DNA of 64,000 bases from NCBI RefSeq assembly GCF_000981445.1, contig NC_027216.1, positions 1,860,001 through 1,924,000 on the forward strand. Direction: 5' to 3'. The notes under the pieces were generated by a model. The model was not told the DNA's origin. It saw only the letters and a list, made by a program, of their open reading frames with translations, and searched no databases. The stretch comes from Babesia bigemina (lineage: Eukaryota). This document shows positions 32,446-45,760 of this stretch, one piece after another (the first letter of the stretch is position 1; every line of letters starts with the position of its first letter). The translations under genes and the position numbers were made by a program.

Positions 32446-35400
32446 CTAATCCGCATCTTTATGAGAACCAGCCTTTTTAAGGCGCTTGCGCAATTTTTTA
32501 TTCTCCTTTCGCATTTCCTCTAACTCATTTTTATAGTTCTGCAGCATCATGATGTCTACTTTACCTTCAACTTACCGTGACCATATCCTCTGCCTTGTAA
32601 AATGACATCGCCATTATATCTACCTGCTTGTTAAGTTTCGATATACGTTCTTGCGCAAATGCGATTTCCTCCGCGTGGAGATGGCTCATGCGTTGCACTT
32701 CTTCGGCGGTTTTGGAGCTGATTCGTTTGGCGTCGTCTACGTGGATGAGGGCGTAGTCCCTTAGGCTGTCCACCATTCTTCCGATGACATGCATCTGCAA
32801 AGTCCACCTGAATCTTTCCATGACGTAATGCACTCTGGGAGACAGCTCGAATTCGCACAGGTTTGTACGATGCCAAACTACTACACCTAGTGCATCGCTT
32901 TCTGCGACACTGTCCACCTCTGCCAGAAACACCTCCAACGTATCCTCGTATGATCGTAAAATACCGTCAACACGGCGGCAAGGTTGCAGATCTGTCATTA
33001 GTCTGAGAGCTCGAACATGTCGTTCGTTGCGATGAAGTTGTATTAGACTTTCAGACACGGTGACGATCGTCTGAAGCGCAGCCTTATCATGTAGCGGTAC
33101 GCCTCTGGCCTCCAAAAGGGCGAGTACCAATGCAGCTAGCTGTGTCACAGTTGCGCATTGGGCATCCTTATATGCCGTCATACATTCTGCATACAAATTG
33201 CGGTTGTGATAAATAAAGCCTACCTGTTATTGGGGAGCTGTCGACATCCCCAAGCTCAGTGCAAAGGTGACGCTTAGAGAGGTACAACGCAAGTTGTGAC
33301 AGCGCTTTAACCGTCAATGCGATATAATCGTCTGATGATTGTTGCTGAATGAATATGCTCATGCATGAAACAAATTTTACCTTTAGCAGCTTGACGGAGG
33401 CGGCCAAAACGGTTGTTCCGATGGTCCATGGATCGTCGTTTATTAACTTGTCCTGCACAGGTATACAAAACGACTACTAGCAGCAACGCACCCTTGATGC
33501 CTCCTCAAGTCCGCTGTCGAACAAAATGATCGACATATCCAGCATACTGCTTAAATGGCGCAGCTCTGGCCGTTTTTCCGTCGTTTCCGCAGACTCATCC
33601 AAGGTGGTCAAGCTGTCTCCATAAACGTCCCTGACGTACTCGAATATATCCGCAGCCACTTCGTTCCTTTCAAATATCGCGGAGGCGACCACCAATCTCA
33701 GTGAGCACCCCCACAGTGGCGCCTTGAAAGGTACTACAACGTCGCTGTCGAATAGACACAACAGCAAAAGCACCAGGACAGGCGTTTCAGCAATCTCGCC
33801 GAATATCTCCATGCGGAACCTGCTCAACCGTGCCTGCATTGGTGAGACTATCGGATTGAGTTTGAGGTTTTCGACATCGCGTGTTTGTATGTCGTGCATG
33901 ACATGGGCGTACACGGCCGGCATCCGATCACCAATTGGCATATGTATCTTGTTCATCAGTAGATCTGCAACTTCTACGTTGCTCCTGGATGCGATTTCCA
34001 CAGTAGCTATGAATCTCATCAGCTCGTCCACGACGTGTTCCGGGGCTTCATAGCCAAATCGGGTGCGATTGCACAACACGTACAACGCGTACATCACCTC
34101 CTCAGCTATACCAGTTTCGATGAGCTCGGAGAAATGCTGGGCATGCGTTGATTTTGCACAGTTCCTCAAATGCTTTACAGCTGACAATGCGTGGTTGGGG
34201 TTGCCTGCACTCTGCCCCGTTTGCGATGACGTTGCACCAATATCTACGATACGCGGCCTTACTAATGCGCAACACATGTCGAGAACAATGCACAAGATTT
34301 GCCTTAATATGCTGCTTTCCCCATCACGAGCGGAGCCGCGCTTCGTGCAGTAGTAGAAAATCCAGATCTTCAGAACGGTCGATGCCAGTTGCGTCACAAA
34401 TTTAATCACAGGACGTATATCCGTATCCGAAATACGTCCGAACCTTAGGCAATGGCGTAGCATGAGGATGCATTCAATGCTGCAGGGCACGAACGACATC
34501 CCGATGGCTAGTTCACTCTCCAATGCCGCCGCTTGTTTCTTTGACAGTTCTGCGGGTATTTCGGCCAGTGAATCGTTAAGAAGTCCGAATTGATCCACGT
34601 AACACCCATTCAGTACATCCAGCAGCAAACCAATGCATCCCTCGGATACGAAGTGTTCCTGAAATGAGGCGGAGTTCAACATCCACTGCAGCAAAATACC
34701 CGTGACTCTTGCGCGTAACGTCATGTCCCCGGATTCCTTGGCTAACCGCATGAGTCGACGGGGATTGACCTCAGAATCCACGAGCTCCTTTTCAATAAGG
34801 TGCCTGTTGGGTGCCGCATGGTCCCCTCGGGATATTACGCAGTTGCAAATGGTCCCGTGGGTGGAGCTAGGAATCGATTCTGGGATATCTGCTATTCCGA
34901 GTGGGTGGTCACAGGAGAAACAAACGCCCTTGTACGCCAGCTGCCAATTTACGTAGCATGCATCGAGTATATCGAGGGTGTACAGGTACTTGTCATCTGC
35001 CTGATGGAGATGCCATGAGAAATCGTTGTGGGTATACAGCTTTTCCACTATACCCAGCGAATAGGTCACAACATCCCGTTCCAACATCTCATGCCCATCA
35101 ATGCACATTTCTGCTGCCGTAAGGATGTTCCTCGCGAACTGTGTTGCGATAGTCACTGTGTTTAACATCCCCAGGAGGTGCTTCAGAGAGTCCCGTTCGG
35201 CCTCCGTCATAGACACGATTGCTACCTTTCCAAAATATTCGTATCCACTGGGGCAGTCATAATGGTCGAAGCTCTTGGACCCTCCATCGGCAGGCCCCAC
35301 GTCCCCGGCAAGTTTTGCGACCACTCGTGCAGATACATCCGCCGCATTGCACTGCAAACGTGGTGAAATATCGGCCTCAAACACTTTTCGGCCCTTCAAC

Positions 35401-36119
35401 TTTGTGATGCTCTCCGGGTATACCAGGATCTGGTCCATCAACCTGAGCACTATGGAGACAATTCCAAGAAGATCCGCATGCACGGTTTGCGTATTGTTGA
35501 ACTTCTGAGAAAGCGCGGGTTGCGGACGGTGGAACAGCCTCGCAATTTCTGACACCTCCAGCAGGCTGCATAGTGCCGGAATCACCTGGTTCTCCAAGAG
35601 GCGCCTAGTGGCGACGGATGTGCTAGAAAGGACGTTTTCGACACTCTTAAGGATATCTATAACAGAAGTAATGGCACTCTGGAATCTTGAAGCGTCGATT
35701 CGTTTCAATATGCATCCGTCGCCGAGGGGACATCGTGACGGCTCCACCTCGACCTGAGGTGAAGATGCTTCAGCAGTCCCATCGTCGCCAGCACTCTCCG
35801 CTGCCTCTGTGGTGGATGCACTAGGCGCATCCATCACATCTGACGCTGCGGCAGTCGCCGATGTGCTCTCGGTGACCCGTGCTACCGATGACGCTTCCGA
35901 CGCATGGTGGTCACCGGTCGCTCGTTTATATCCTCCTGGCCCGAAAATACAGCAGAGTGGGATATCATCCGGACCTTCGGGCCGCTTTAGCAGGTTAATG
36001 TACGGCAGGTGTACATTGTTGAGTTCCGTGACGCCGTTGGTGATCTCGAATCCCTCGTTCAGGATGGAGAGTGATTCCTTCACGTTCTTGTTGAACTCGC
36101 GCAAGAATTGCAGTGACAT
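32446..36119 (-). CDS. Large hypothetical helical (ARM/HEAT-like) protein with C-terminal coiled coil, 4 exons
   Basis: The 880-aa ORF and the downstream ORFs (33168, 32567) are linked by short GT-AG introns. The last exon, 32446-32538, reads NYKNELEEMRKENKKLRKRLKKAGSHKDAD*. The fold is a guess. Confidence 0.75.
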
Positions 36120-36621
36120 CTCCGCAAAACCGAGCCCGAACCCGAGCCGGAGGCTCTGAGTTCAGTGACGATGTCTTTTAACGGCGGTAGTTGCGATAGT
36201 ACGCGTTTCAGACGTATAGGTCACTAAGGTTACACATCGCAGCTATTATATCTACATTTCGTGTACGTCAGATCGTATATCATTATTTTGAATACACGGA
36301 AACGGGGCAGCGGCTATGTCGTTGTATGGCGTTTTCATTTTGTGATTACGTGCGACTAAAGCAGTGTACCTCCTCGAGATACAGATAGTTCCATTTACCA
36401 CAGCAGCAGCCTGGTACAGCAGTTGCTGCACCTTTTACTCGCCTATAGGTTTTTCGACGGCTGAATGTGTAGACATAGCGTCTTGCGGCTGATAGACATG
36501 GATGTGTAGAGCTGTTTGCGCATGTCTCGCCGCAAATCTCTGTGCCGCTTTTACCGCCCTTGCTGACACTTCAGGATGCTAAACGGTGTAACGTTATATG
36601 GGTTGTCAAGGGCGATTTCGC

Positions 36622-38466
36622 TCAGAAGGTGACGGACTTCTTCTTCTTGGCGTTGATGCCAGTTGTCTCGCCGGAGTACCCCGGCGTCTCCGACTTGGTC
36701 CCGCTGACCATCGAGCTGTGAACCGTCTTCTTCTTCTGGTACTTCATGCGGTTGGAAACGCGCGCGTTACCGGCGGTCTTCTTGCGCTGACGCGTCAGAC
36801 CCTTGTTGCGCAGGATATCCGCTCCAGCACCTAGGACACGTTTGTCTAAGCAAAAATACAACATACCACGCTTGCCCTCAACCTCCTCACGTTCGAACTT
36901 GCGCTTCTTGCCCTCTGATTTGCTTTCCTTCAGCGACTCCTTGAGTTCGGTTTGGTGCCGCTTCATCTTTGCGAATTCGTCGTCGAATTCCGACTTCCGG
37001 GGTGCAGGTGCCTCAGTCATTGGCGCAGAGGCCGCTTTAGGCTTGCTCGACCGTTTGGCAGCGCTGAATTCCAGTGATTATATGGCGCATGAGAACTAAC
37101 TGTGGTTTGAAGTACGCATCTGACGCACGCAGCTTCTCGGTCTCCAGGATGTCCTGGCGCATGATCTGAGCGGCGGTGTTCATGCCGACGAGCACGTCGC
37201 GCTTCGACTGCCCAGAAGTCAACGCTTCCGCGGCGAAGCTGCTGAGCTCGTCCAACATGATTCCGCCCTGCTTGTTGCGTTGGTGTTTCTGGAACTCGCG
37301 AAGTTCCTTCTTGGCCATCTTGTTCATCGGCAGACGCCGCATATGTTCCATTTCGTAGCGTTCGCGCTCCAGCAGAGCTTTGACCATCTTGGCGGCCTTG
37401 GCGCTGCTGTAGCGATCGGTGGGCTCATCTTCGTCCTCTTCCTGCATCTCACGCGCCTCGTCCAGCATCCGCCTGCCGCTAACCACCTTCTCCTTACGCT
37501 GCAGTTTCTTCTGGTGTTTGGCCTGCAAGATGTCAAAATACGCATGTTACACTTACGTAAGCGTCGGTTTCGGCGAGTGGAAGCTGCGAAGGTGGCTTGT
37601 ACACGCCACTCTGCTCACGCTCGTCGAACTCCATGAGGTCCAGGCGCGGTCTGAGGGCCTTCCCTTCAGCTGCGGTTGGTGTTAAAGCAAGTGAACGTGA
37701 CAACGAACCCTTCGCCATATTGTCGTCGAGCAGCTTGTTGATTTCAAACTGCAGCCGTGATTCGATAGGTCGTGCCTTGTCCAGCATGATGCGAATCTCG
37801 AGCAGCCTGTTGATCACCGGGTGGTTTTCCACTGGCACGCCGTGCGTCTTGAGCAGCAGGTAGTAGCTCAGGTACGTGACGTACATCAGCATGAGTTCGT
37901 TTCTCACGTCCAAATACTCCATGCCATCCTTCGTGCACTTCTTCGGCACTCCCATGTCGTTGACTATCTTCAGCACCTGCTCATTAGTCAGTTCGGCCTT
38001 CTCCTTGAACTCCTTGAGAAGCGCCATGAACTCTGGGTGCTCATCCTCCACGTACTGCCTCTTATCCGCGTCACTGAGCTGGTGGAAAGCCGGAGGCAGT
38101 TCCACCAGTGAGCTCTGGTTGCGGAGGGAAGCCGAAAGGTCTTCGAGGATAGAGTCCAGTGCCGTGGTCTCGGTGTCAACCTCATCTTCCTCCTCGACCA
38201 TGTCCTCCAGTTCGGCGTCTTCGTCGTCGACGCCATCGTACAGATCCCTGGCTATCCGTTCGGCCTCGGCTATGCGATCGTTGATGTCCTCGTCGTCGGA
38301 CGACTCCTCGGAGCCCTCATCGTAGTAAGCTCCCAGCTTCTTACCCCAGGAGGCCCCCTTCTTAGTTCCGGCATCCTCCTCTTCCTCATCGCTGCCGTCG
38401 TCAAGATCCTCATCCTCTCCGTCGTCATCCTCATCATCTGCATCCTCGTCGTCATCCTCTCCGTCG

Positions 38467-38503
<37 letters not shown>

Positions 38504-38717
38504 CTTCATCGCCATCAAGTTCTTCTTCCGAATCCTCGGAAGGCAAGTCCCGTGGCAGCGCCATGGCTTCGAACTCGGCGGCGTCGCTGTCCTCATCTGC
38601 CACAGATATGACCAAAGCGACCTATAACGTACCTTCGGAAACCGCCGCCAGCGGTATGAAAGCCTCGTTCCCCTTGAACCTTTTAGTGGCTGATTTTTTG
38701 GCCGTTTTGCGCGCCAT
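36622..38717 (-). CDS. SAS10: Sas10/Utp3 SSU processome component
   Basis: Acidic N-terminus, Sas10/Utp3/C1D domain (YLSYYLLLKTHGVPVENHPVINRLLEIR..RPIE..L..EI.KLL) and C-terminal NARVSNRMKYQKK..YSGETTGI. Several short introns. Confidence 0.9.
38467..38501. repeat. (TCA)11 trinucleotide repeat encoding poly-Asp
   Basis: Read directly. It lies in the acidic region of Sas10. Confidence 0.9.
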
Positions 38718-39616
38718 TCTCGCCGACAGCTCGCGTGATTAGAAACGGCAACGGATTGAATACGAACTGGCGCCGACCTCGTGACACCAAGCGAGTACTG
38801 CGAATATCAGTATTAAAAATATAACTGCGATTTATAAGAGGTCATGGGGATCAAAACCGTTTGTGAGATTCCTGTTGCCAACAGGCACCGGATCCATCAA
38901 CGGTCGCCGGATGCTCAATGTGCTGATAAACTCCACAGTTTAAGGCACACAGAGTAATTGCTATATTTGTGTTTAGAGTGATTTTGTGATCTCAGGGTGT
39001 TCTGGTTGTACTCAACTACACGGTATGGGCCGGAGTCCCAAACGACTCGTGTCGGCCAATCTCATGTTTCAAGCCTCAAGTGCTACACACTTAGACCTAT
39101 AGTAACGATAAACATATGCCGCTGTCTATTGGGTGGCTCTGATGAAAATCAGTTAGATTTTTGCTCTGTCCGTACTGCTCTATGCAAGGTTGTGCATTGC
39201 CGCGCCAGGCCTTCAAGCGGCCTAGGCGGGCCTTCCGGAAGCCGCGGGTCAACTGTACAGCACGAGCGTCAAACATTTTATTCGAGGCACGGCCTCTTAT
39301 GTTACACATCGCAATGGACGGTGTGAGCATGTCTATATGCGACTCCGCATAGACATCAGGGCGCTTCGCTCCCCGCAGCTTCTTCGCGCGGATTTTAGAC
39401 ACCAACGGTTGTTACACACACCACCGGATATACATACGGGCTTAATGCGGCAGGAGTGAGGGGATGTGTTGAGGGTGTAGGTCACTGTTTCGGGCTGGTA
39501 GGAGTCGATGTAACCTCGTAGGTTTCCTGATTGTTCGACGCCCAACGTTCGCGTCAATGCATTGACATTCGGGCGTCACCCTATGAGCGTATGCATGTTT
39601 TCATGACCTTTCATAA

Positions 39617-42600
39617 ATGACCGGCTGCTCTGTCCGCCAGGCAGACGGCTCCGCCGCAGCGCATGGTCGGCACGTGCCTGGAGTCGACCACGTTATTGCC
39701 CAGCCCAGCACCACCTACGTCGACGGGGACGGTGTGTACGGCGGTGAGTGCGGCAAGTGGCTGAAGTTCGTCGTGCGGAAAACCGAAAGCATCACCCGCG
39801 GCGTGCTGCGGCTGAACCTGGAGTATGCAGATGACGCGTTCCTCAGGGCGTCTGTATTCCTGACCAGCAATCACGACGAGCGGGATCTGCTGAGCAACGT
39901 GCCGGCGTGCCGAAACAACACTTTGGTCAACAACTCGGTGGCGGATGCTTTGGAGCACATTTTCTCATGGGACGTTTGCGTGGTCGACCGCTGCACCTTC
40001 AACGTCAGGTACCGAGTGACGCGCAAGGGCACTTACTCGTTGCATGTGAAGCTGGATGGCAACCCGCTTCCCGGCTCGCCGTTCCGCATCTACATCTCCG
40101 AAGGCGCTCCTTCCACAGCGGCATGTCGCGTGTACGGCCGGAATGTAGGCACGTGCTGCGCAATACCGTACGTCCCCGAGATCATGAACGCGATTTTCCC
40201 CAATGCGTCGCCGTGTGCTGCCACTTCGAGGGACGATGCAAGGACGAAGCGGAATGCGGCCAGATCAGCCTCCGACGATGCGCCCACGAAAGGATCGTCG
40301 TGCAAGAGCGACTTTTCCCCAATCGACAACTTCAACAGGAACACGTGCGGATACTTTTCCAACAGGTCTGCCGTATCCATCGGCGGCTGGCTGGCTGATA
40401 ACTCCACACCGGATGACATCGTGATCCCCAACCACTCAGCGCCGGATGCATTCCGGCCCGGCGGCACCTCGTGTGCCGACAACTCTAATCGCAGTGAAAA
40501 CGCAATCTCGTATGCAAAACAATCGGTCGCTGACCCAGATTTCAGGGACGTGGAGAGGGGCTTGCCTGCTGCTGGCAATGCGGTAGGGAGAGGCGTCGGT
40601 TGCACGCGTAGGAGCATCTCCAGTGACGGTTCGCTGTCCGTCAACCTCTCGGGCGACAGTGCGGCTACGGCGCACAGCCACATAAAGGAGTCTCCCCGAA
40701 CGCCCAGTTTTAATCCCTACCAAGCGACAAATCGCAACTGCACTGCCGACGCAGGCGGTCGAGGAAATGTATACAGTGCGAGATCCTTCGGACCACCGAG
40801 GGCGTCCATGAACTCATCCGAAGCTGACATGCTACCGATGGAGTTCACCTTGGGAGCAGATACCTCAGCCGTGCCCGAGGGCAGGACCACCCTCGCAAAC
40901 GAACCGGGAGCAGTCGGGTCGTGCACGCGTTCTTCCGCAATGACCAGCGCGCTATGGGATGGATTGGACGACAGGCGTTCGTCCGATGCCACGCGTAAGA
41001 GGCGGCAACATGCTCTGCAACAGCTGGAGAGACGGGGCCTGCTCAACGAAATTGAGATCCGTCTGGCTGATGCGCATGGCAACGCGGTGACCCACGCACT
41101 GCCATACGTACAAGCGTGGGGCGAGAACTACGCACGAGTGGTGAGCGTCGACAACAGGCCGAACGGCGTGGTCATCGTGAAGTACGTCGTGGTGGTCCCA
41201 AGGGATGGCCTGGAGTCCCTAAAGACGGCTCAATCGCACGAAAGCGACTCCGTAATGCCGCACGCGCTACGCGTTGGCGGCGTGCCGTGCAAGATCCACG
41301 TTGAGATTAACGGGAAGCCGGTCTTCGGCTCGCCATTCCACCCGCAGGTGGGTAACGTGAACGAGGTCGAGCACTACTTCGAGACCACCGTCGGCACCAC
41401 GGAGTGCCTGATGCAGACCTTCACCGAGCTGGTGCGCAACAACGACTTCGACGGCTGCGCCGAGCTGTACAGCATGGTGGAGACCGACGAGGTCAAGGAC
41501 AAGTTGACGGGCATCCTGCTCACCCGGCTCTCGGAACTCGAGAAGACCAACATCGCCGCCACCAGCAACATCAGGCTGGTGGAGTCGCTCAAGCTGCAGA
41601 GCCTCGGCAGGCTGCTTGAGCTGGTCCAGAGCCAGTACAAGAAGATGCTCACCTACAAGACCAGCAGCATCGTGGACTGCATCCGCGAGCTCAAAAGCTT
41701 CGAGAACATAGCTGCGGACCAAAAGGGGAACAAAGCCGCGAGCGATCAAAAGGGAGAGGCTGCGAAGCGGTTCAACAACCTTGGTGACGTCATTCTCAAC
41801 TACCGGCTGATCGGCGACGAGCTGCGCAAGCTCCACCGCTACGAGCTGGCCGACAAATTCGACCAGATCAACAACCAGATGTGCGACGAGATCGATTTGG
41901 GCATGTGGACCTCGATCATCGGCCACAAGGAATCGCAAGTGCAGAAGCTGCGCGCCGAAGTGGAGTCGGCCGCCGACCGCCTCACTCGCTTCAAGGACGA
42001 TGTTGAGGAGCGTTACAAGAGCTTCACGAGGAAGGACCTCGCCGACTTCCGGGGCACCCCCGGCTTCGCGTTCGACCACGGTACCCAAACGGAAGCCCCG
42101 GAACTCTTGACCACGCGGCTGTCGTCGCTGGTGCGGGGGCGCTGCGTGCCAACGACCGCGCACAACGAGGTGGACAAGATCGTGGAGGCGTATTGGCGCA
42201 AGTGCAACAACTACGACATCCAGACCACGGTGGCCAAGGTGCTCAAGTCCAGCGTCAGGCTGAAGAACAGCATCTCCGAACTGTTCATGTACTACAGCAC
42301 GGCGCACCCACGCGAGAGTGGCGGCACGATGCTGGGCGTCTCGCGCGCGTCTATGGAGCTCTTCGTGCTGCAGCTGCGACTGAACAACTACCTGACGGCC
42401 AACGTGCAAAAGCTCGACTGGCTGTTCGAGCGGTTCTCCTTGGAGCTCCCCTCAGGCCAGGCAGACGGGTCAACGCCTCCGCAAAGGGCCATCCCGGAGC
42501 ACATGTGGTGCGCCTATTTGCGGGAAATCGGTTATTTGAACCTGCTGTACACAATAGCGGAGTCCGGGGACCGCGAGATTCTGAGGGACCACCAGCACCC

Positions 42601-43351
42601 CTCGAGGCTGGTGGCGTTCCACCACCTGTGCAAGGAGCACCTCATTCCTCTGTACGAGATGCTCTTCACAACGAAGCCCGAGTTCCAGAAGTGCCTGAAG
42701 TTCACGGATTCCAAGGTCGACAACGGGTCGCAGCGCGTCAACAAATCCGCCAAGAAGGCCGCCACGCCGTCGGAGCAGTACTTCAGGTCGCGCCAGGACA
42801 TCTTGGGCTACTTCAACGTCCACGCGTTGGAGCACGTGCTCAACGTGCTGGACATCGACGTGCTGCAGCGCGTCTTCAAGCACTACAGCCGGATTTCCAT
42901 GTTCGGCCGGCAGCAGGTTGCGCGGGATTGGTTTGACGAAAAAACCGCCACCATCTCCACGGCAACCTTCGTGGTCTTCGCGCGTGACTTCCAGATCATC
43001 CCGGGCCACATGGACGGCGAAAGCGTGCACACGATCGCCCGCGGCGTGGCTCTGCGTGGCACCGGCGGCGCGAACAAACTGGTGCTGCGCGACTTCGTGA
43101 GCGCCGTGTCCCGGACCCTGGCACGGGTGGTGCTCGCCAGCTGCCTTGCGAAGCACGACGCATACGAGCGCATTCGCGACTCGCTCACGGAGACTATGGA
43201 GACAGCGCCCCGCTGCGTTCAGTCGAAGGAATCTGTGAAGCGTGACATCATGGTCCTGCTGCAGTTGCTGGGCATCTGCAACCTGCAGTTCGTCCGCTAC
43301 ACAATCGACGCCATTTACGGCTCCGAAGCCGTGGAACAGATGGACGAGTAA
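39617..43351 (+). CDS. Filamin/ABP280-repeat protein with coiled coil (1244 aa)
   Basis: FNVRYRVTRKGTYSLHVKLDGNPLPGSPFRIYI and a second repeat IHVEINGKPVFGSPFHPQV. Strong GC3 bias. Confidence 0.82.
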   Translation: MTGCSVRQADGSAAAHGRHVPGVDHVIAQPSTTYVDGDGVYGGECGKWLKFVVRKTESITRGVLRLNLEYADDAFLRASVFLTSNHDERDLLSNVPACRNNTLVNNSVADALEHIFSWDVCVVDRCTFNVRYRVTRKGTYSLHVKLDGNPLPGSPFRIYISEGAPSTAACRVYGRNVGTCCAIPYVPEIMNAIFPNASPCAATSRDDARTKRNAARSASDDAPTKGSSCKSDFSPIDNFNRNTCGYFSNRSAVSIGGWLADNSTPDDIVIPNHSAPDAFRPGGTSCADNSNRSENAISYAKQSVADPDFRDVERGLPAAGNAVGRGVGCTRRSISSDGSLSVNLSGDSAATAHSHIKESPRTPSFNPYQATNRNCTADAGGRGNVYSARSFGPPRASMNSSEADMLPMEFTLGADTSAVPEGRTTLANEPGAVGSCTRSSAMTSALWDGLDDRRSSDATRKRRQHALQQLERRGLLNEIEIRLADAHGNAVTHALPYVQAWGENYARVVSVDNRPNGVVIVKYVVVVPRDGLESLKTAQSHESDSVMPHALRVGGVPCKIHVEINGKPVFGSPFHPQVGNVNEVEHYFETTVGTTECLMQTFTELVRNNDFDGCAELYSMVETDEVKDKLTGILLTRLSELEKTNIAATSNIRLVESLKLQSLGRLLELVQSQYKKMLTYKTSSIVDCIRELKSFENIAADQKGNKAASDQKGEAAKRFNNLGDVILNYRLIGDELRKLHRYELADKFDQINNQMCDEIDLGMWTSIIGHKESQVQKLRAEVESAADRLTRFKDDVEERYKSFTRKDLADFRGTPGFAFDHGTQTEAPELLTTRLSSLVRGRCVPTTAHNEVDKIVEAYWRKCNNYDIQTTVAKVLKSSVRLKNSISELFMYYSTAHPRESGGTMLGVSRASMELFVLQLRLNNYLTANVQKLDWLFERFSLELPSGQADGSTPPQRAIPEHMWCAYLREIGYLNLLYTIAESGDREILRDHQHPSRLVAFHHLCKEHLIPLYEMLFTTKPEFQKCLKFTDSKVDNGSQRVNKSAKKAATPSEQYFRSRQDILGYFNVHALEHVLNVLDIDVLQRVFKHYSRISMFGRQQVARDWFDEKTATISTATFVVFARDFQIIPGHMDGESVHTIARGVALRGTGGANKLVLRDFVSAVSRTLARVVLASCLAKHDAYERIRDSLTETMETAPRCVQSKESVKRDIMVLLQLLGICNLQFVRYTIDAIYGSEAVEQMDE

Positions 43352-43623
43352 GCTTGTGTGGGAGCGACAGGCTCCGTCAGGTGCAATCAGGATGCACTTT
43401 GTAGGTGCTGCCTCCGCAGCATAATGTACTCGAATCTTGTTAATGCTTACTCTTCTAACGGTGGCACATGTCGTTTCTGCACGTCTGATTGGCACGCTTT
43501 AGAGCCGTTTGAGGCCATATGTGGTTCATGTGATCGGGTGTTGTTGCCCCTGCCGTGGCTGGTGAGTGACGGCATACGTGGAATGCCACCATCGACGGGA
43601 GCGCCAGTGCAAGTGCCGGCAGG

Positions 43624-44273
43624 ATGTCGGCAGTATCGCACATCGTTCGGCTTAGTGCCGATGTGTGGAGCCTCAACGGCCTTGGTGGCGGTATTGGCGG
43701 AGTAACGCTGCGCCATTTGCTGCGAAGGCGCTACGACGAGGCCGCGGCAGCCGTCAAGAGGGTCGTCTACCCGGACGGACTGCACCAAGGGAGTGTAGAC
43801 ACATCGCAAGTGGCTGTAACGCCACAAATACTACCCAACGGCGGCTACAACGTCCCGGTAAGTCCCCGAAAAGCGCAGCCGTCGTCGCCACGCTCTACAC
43901 ATCTCAGACTGTGCAGATACTGGACGAGCTCTATAGGCGAACTTCTAGCGGCCTAGCTTCGGTGTTAGAAGGGCTTCACATCCTGCTGTGGAAGGGGAAG
44001 CAGTTCAAGGGTAGGTGCCGTTGGATTCCGTTAACCATGCTCAGGGTGTTTCCAACCGAGCAAGTGGAAGTGGTACCACCGCCACGGCTACTGGGCGACG
44101 CGTAAGAAGCTGTTGAAGTTCGACACGTATCGGCGCCACAGGTTTGTCCGCGTCAAGCGTCCGACAACGACCGTAGGTACCACGAGGTCAGGGGACCTGG
44201 AAAACGGCCTCCCAGCAAGTGGGAGGACAAATCCTTCTATAAACCGCTAAGGGACTCCATAAAGTTTTGGTGA
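43624..44273 (+). CDS. Small basic multi-exon protein, possibly mitochondrial ribosomal bL34-like
   Basis: Three GT-AG introns splice in frame to ..KQFKG|CFQPSKWKWYHRHGYWATRKKLLKFDTYRRHR|YHEVRGPGKRPPSKWEDKSFYKPLRDSIKFW*. Confidence 0.7.
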
Positions 44274-44312
44274 ATATTACGTTGCTATCATAAGCCGTGT
44301 TGATGTTGTTGA

Positions 44313-45571
44313 TCAGGCGATTGAGCTCAGCAGATCTCGTTCGCCGGCTCCGGCCTGTAGCTTTGCGATGTCGTAGTCGGCGCGGTGCATCCGGCTTGGC
44401 CTGGGTAACACCACTGCATTATATGACAGAACGTAGACGCCTGCTTACCGTTTACGCGACCGAAACCTCCGCTAGACGTGTCTGGTATGTTGGACACGAT
44501 GGGAAGCGATGTCAGCTCGGTCATGATCGACCCCGCCAGCACCTTGGTCTCGTCTGGCACAGACTCGCGCATCATGGTGATGTACAGCACTGCGGTGGTT
44601 CCCAGTACCTTCCTGAACTCAGATTACGTCACAAAATAGCCGTCCACCTACATCAAGGTCCTGTTGAGCGGGTTGGCGGCGATGGTGTTCAGCCTGACCA
44701 GGGCGTCAGACGCAGTCCTGCCACAGATGAGGACGCTGACCAAGTGGCACCTACCTCCCGCCCACCAAGCTGCGGAAGTTCAGCGTTAGCACCGTGATTC
44801 CGGTGTGGATGACCCGCGATATGTTGGCCACCATGTCACTCACGCAGATGAGCATCTCTGCCTCATTCGATTGAGGGGTGCACAGCACGTTCTGAAACAC
44901 CTGCGACCCTAGCACGCTCTGCAGCCCTGATACAAAATAACACTGGTCATTTATGTCAAACGTATACACAACAGATCACGCTTGCAACGCAAACCTTGTC
45001 TGCTACACAAAAGCTACCAAGACCCACCCATGTTGACCAGTGCGTACGTTGAGTCCTCCACAAAACGCTTGACGCCCATCATGCTCGACGGCAGACTATA
45101 AATAAACGCCGGTATCAGCTGCAACACCGACTTCATAGGTATCTGAGGAAGGTCGAGGTGGATTCCCTGTATCTCCTCCTCCTTCAGCTGGTCCCTCATG
45201 GCCTCGAAGGAATGCGATGCGGTTGCGATTTCCGATACAGCCTCGGTGCTCAATTGGGCAGGCGGCACATCGCTGTGGATCTCGGCTGTTTTGCGCTGTT
45301 TGCGATGGCGATGCTCCGCCCTGATTCGGACGTTGCTCGGTAGGCCGATGGGTCCTGCATGTTAATTGACAACGCCAACACCATGTAATAAATTACGAAA
45401 CGGAATACTGATTGCAGCAACCAACTGAACACCACTACATTCCGCCGGACGCGTAAGAATTGTTGGAGGAAAACACCTACCATCAGGGATGTGCGACAAC
45501 GACATCGCCCTTGGAAGCCAGCGCCACAAGGCCGCCGCCGCGAGGTATTTAAGCAAGCGGCGGCTATACAT
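44313..45571 (-). CDS. Hypothetical multi-exon protein with signal-like N-terminus
   Basis: MYSRRLLKYLAAAALWRWLPRAMS followed by a chain of short ORFs flanked by GT..AG. Exon structure is only partly resolved. Confidence 0.55.
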
Positions 45572-45760
45572 CGCCCTTTAATGCGTAAATCTACATGTGT
45601 GTATAGATAATTGTGCTATGTGTGACCCATGTGGACAAGGAAGTGGTGCGTACACACACGACGTTGTTTAGGGTGTTACGGAATCATGGCGTCTTCTCCA
45701 CCATGAAAGATGTCTTCTGAGCTTACCAACATGACCGACGATATTCGTTAGTAGCTGAAG

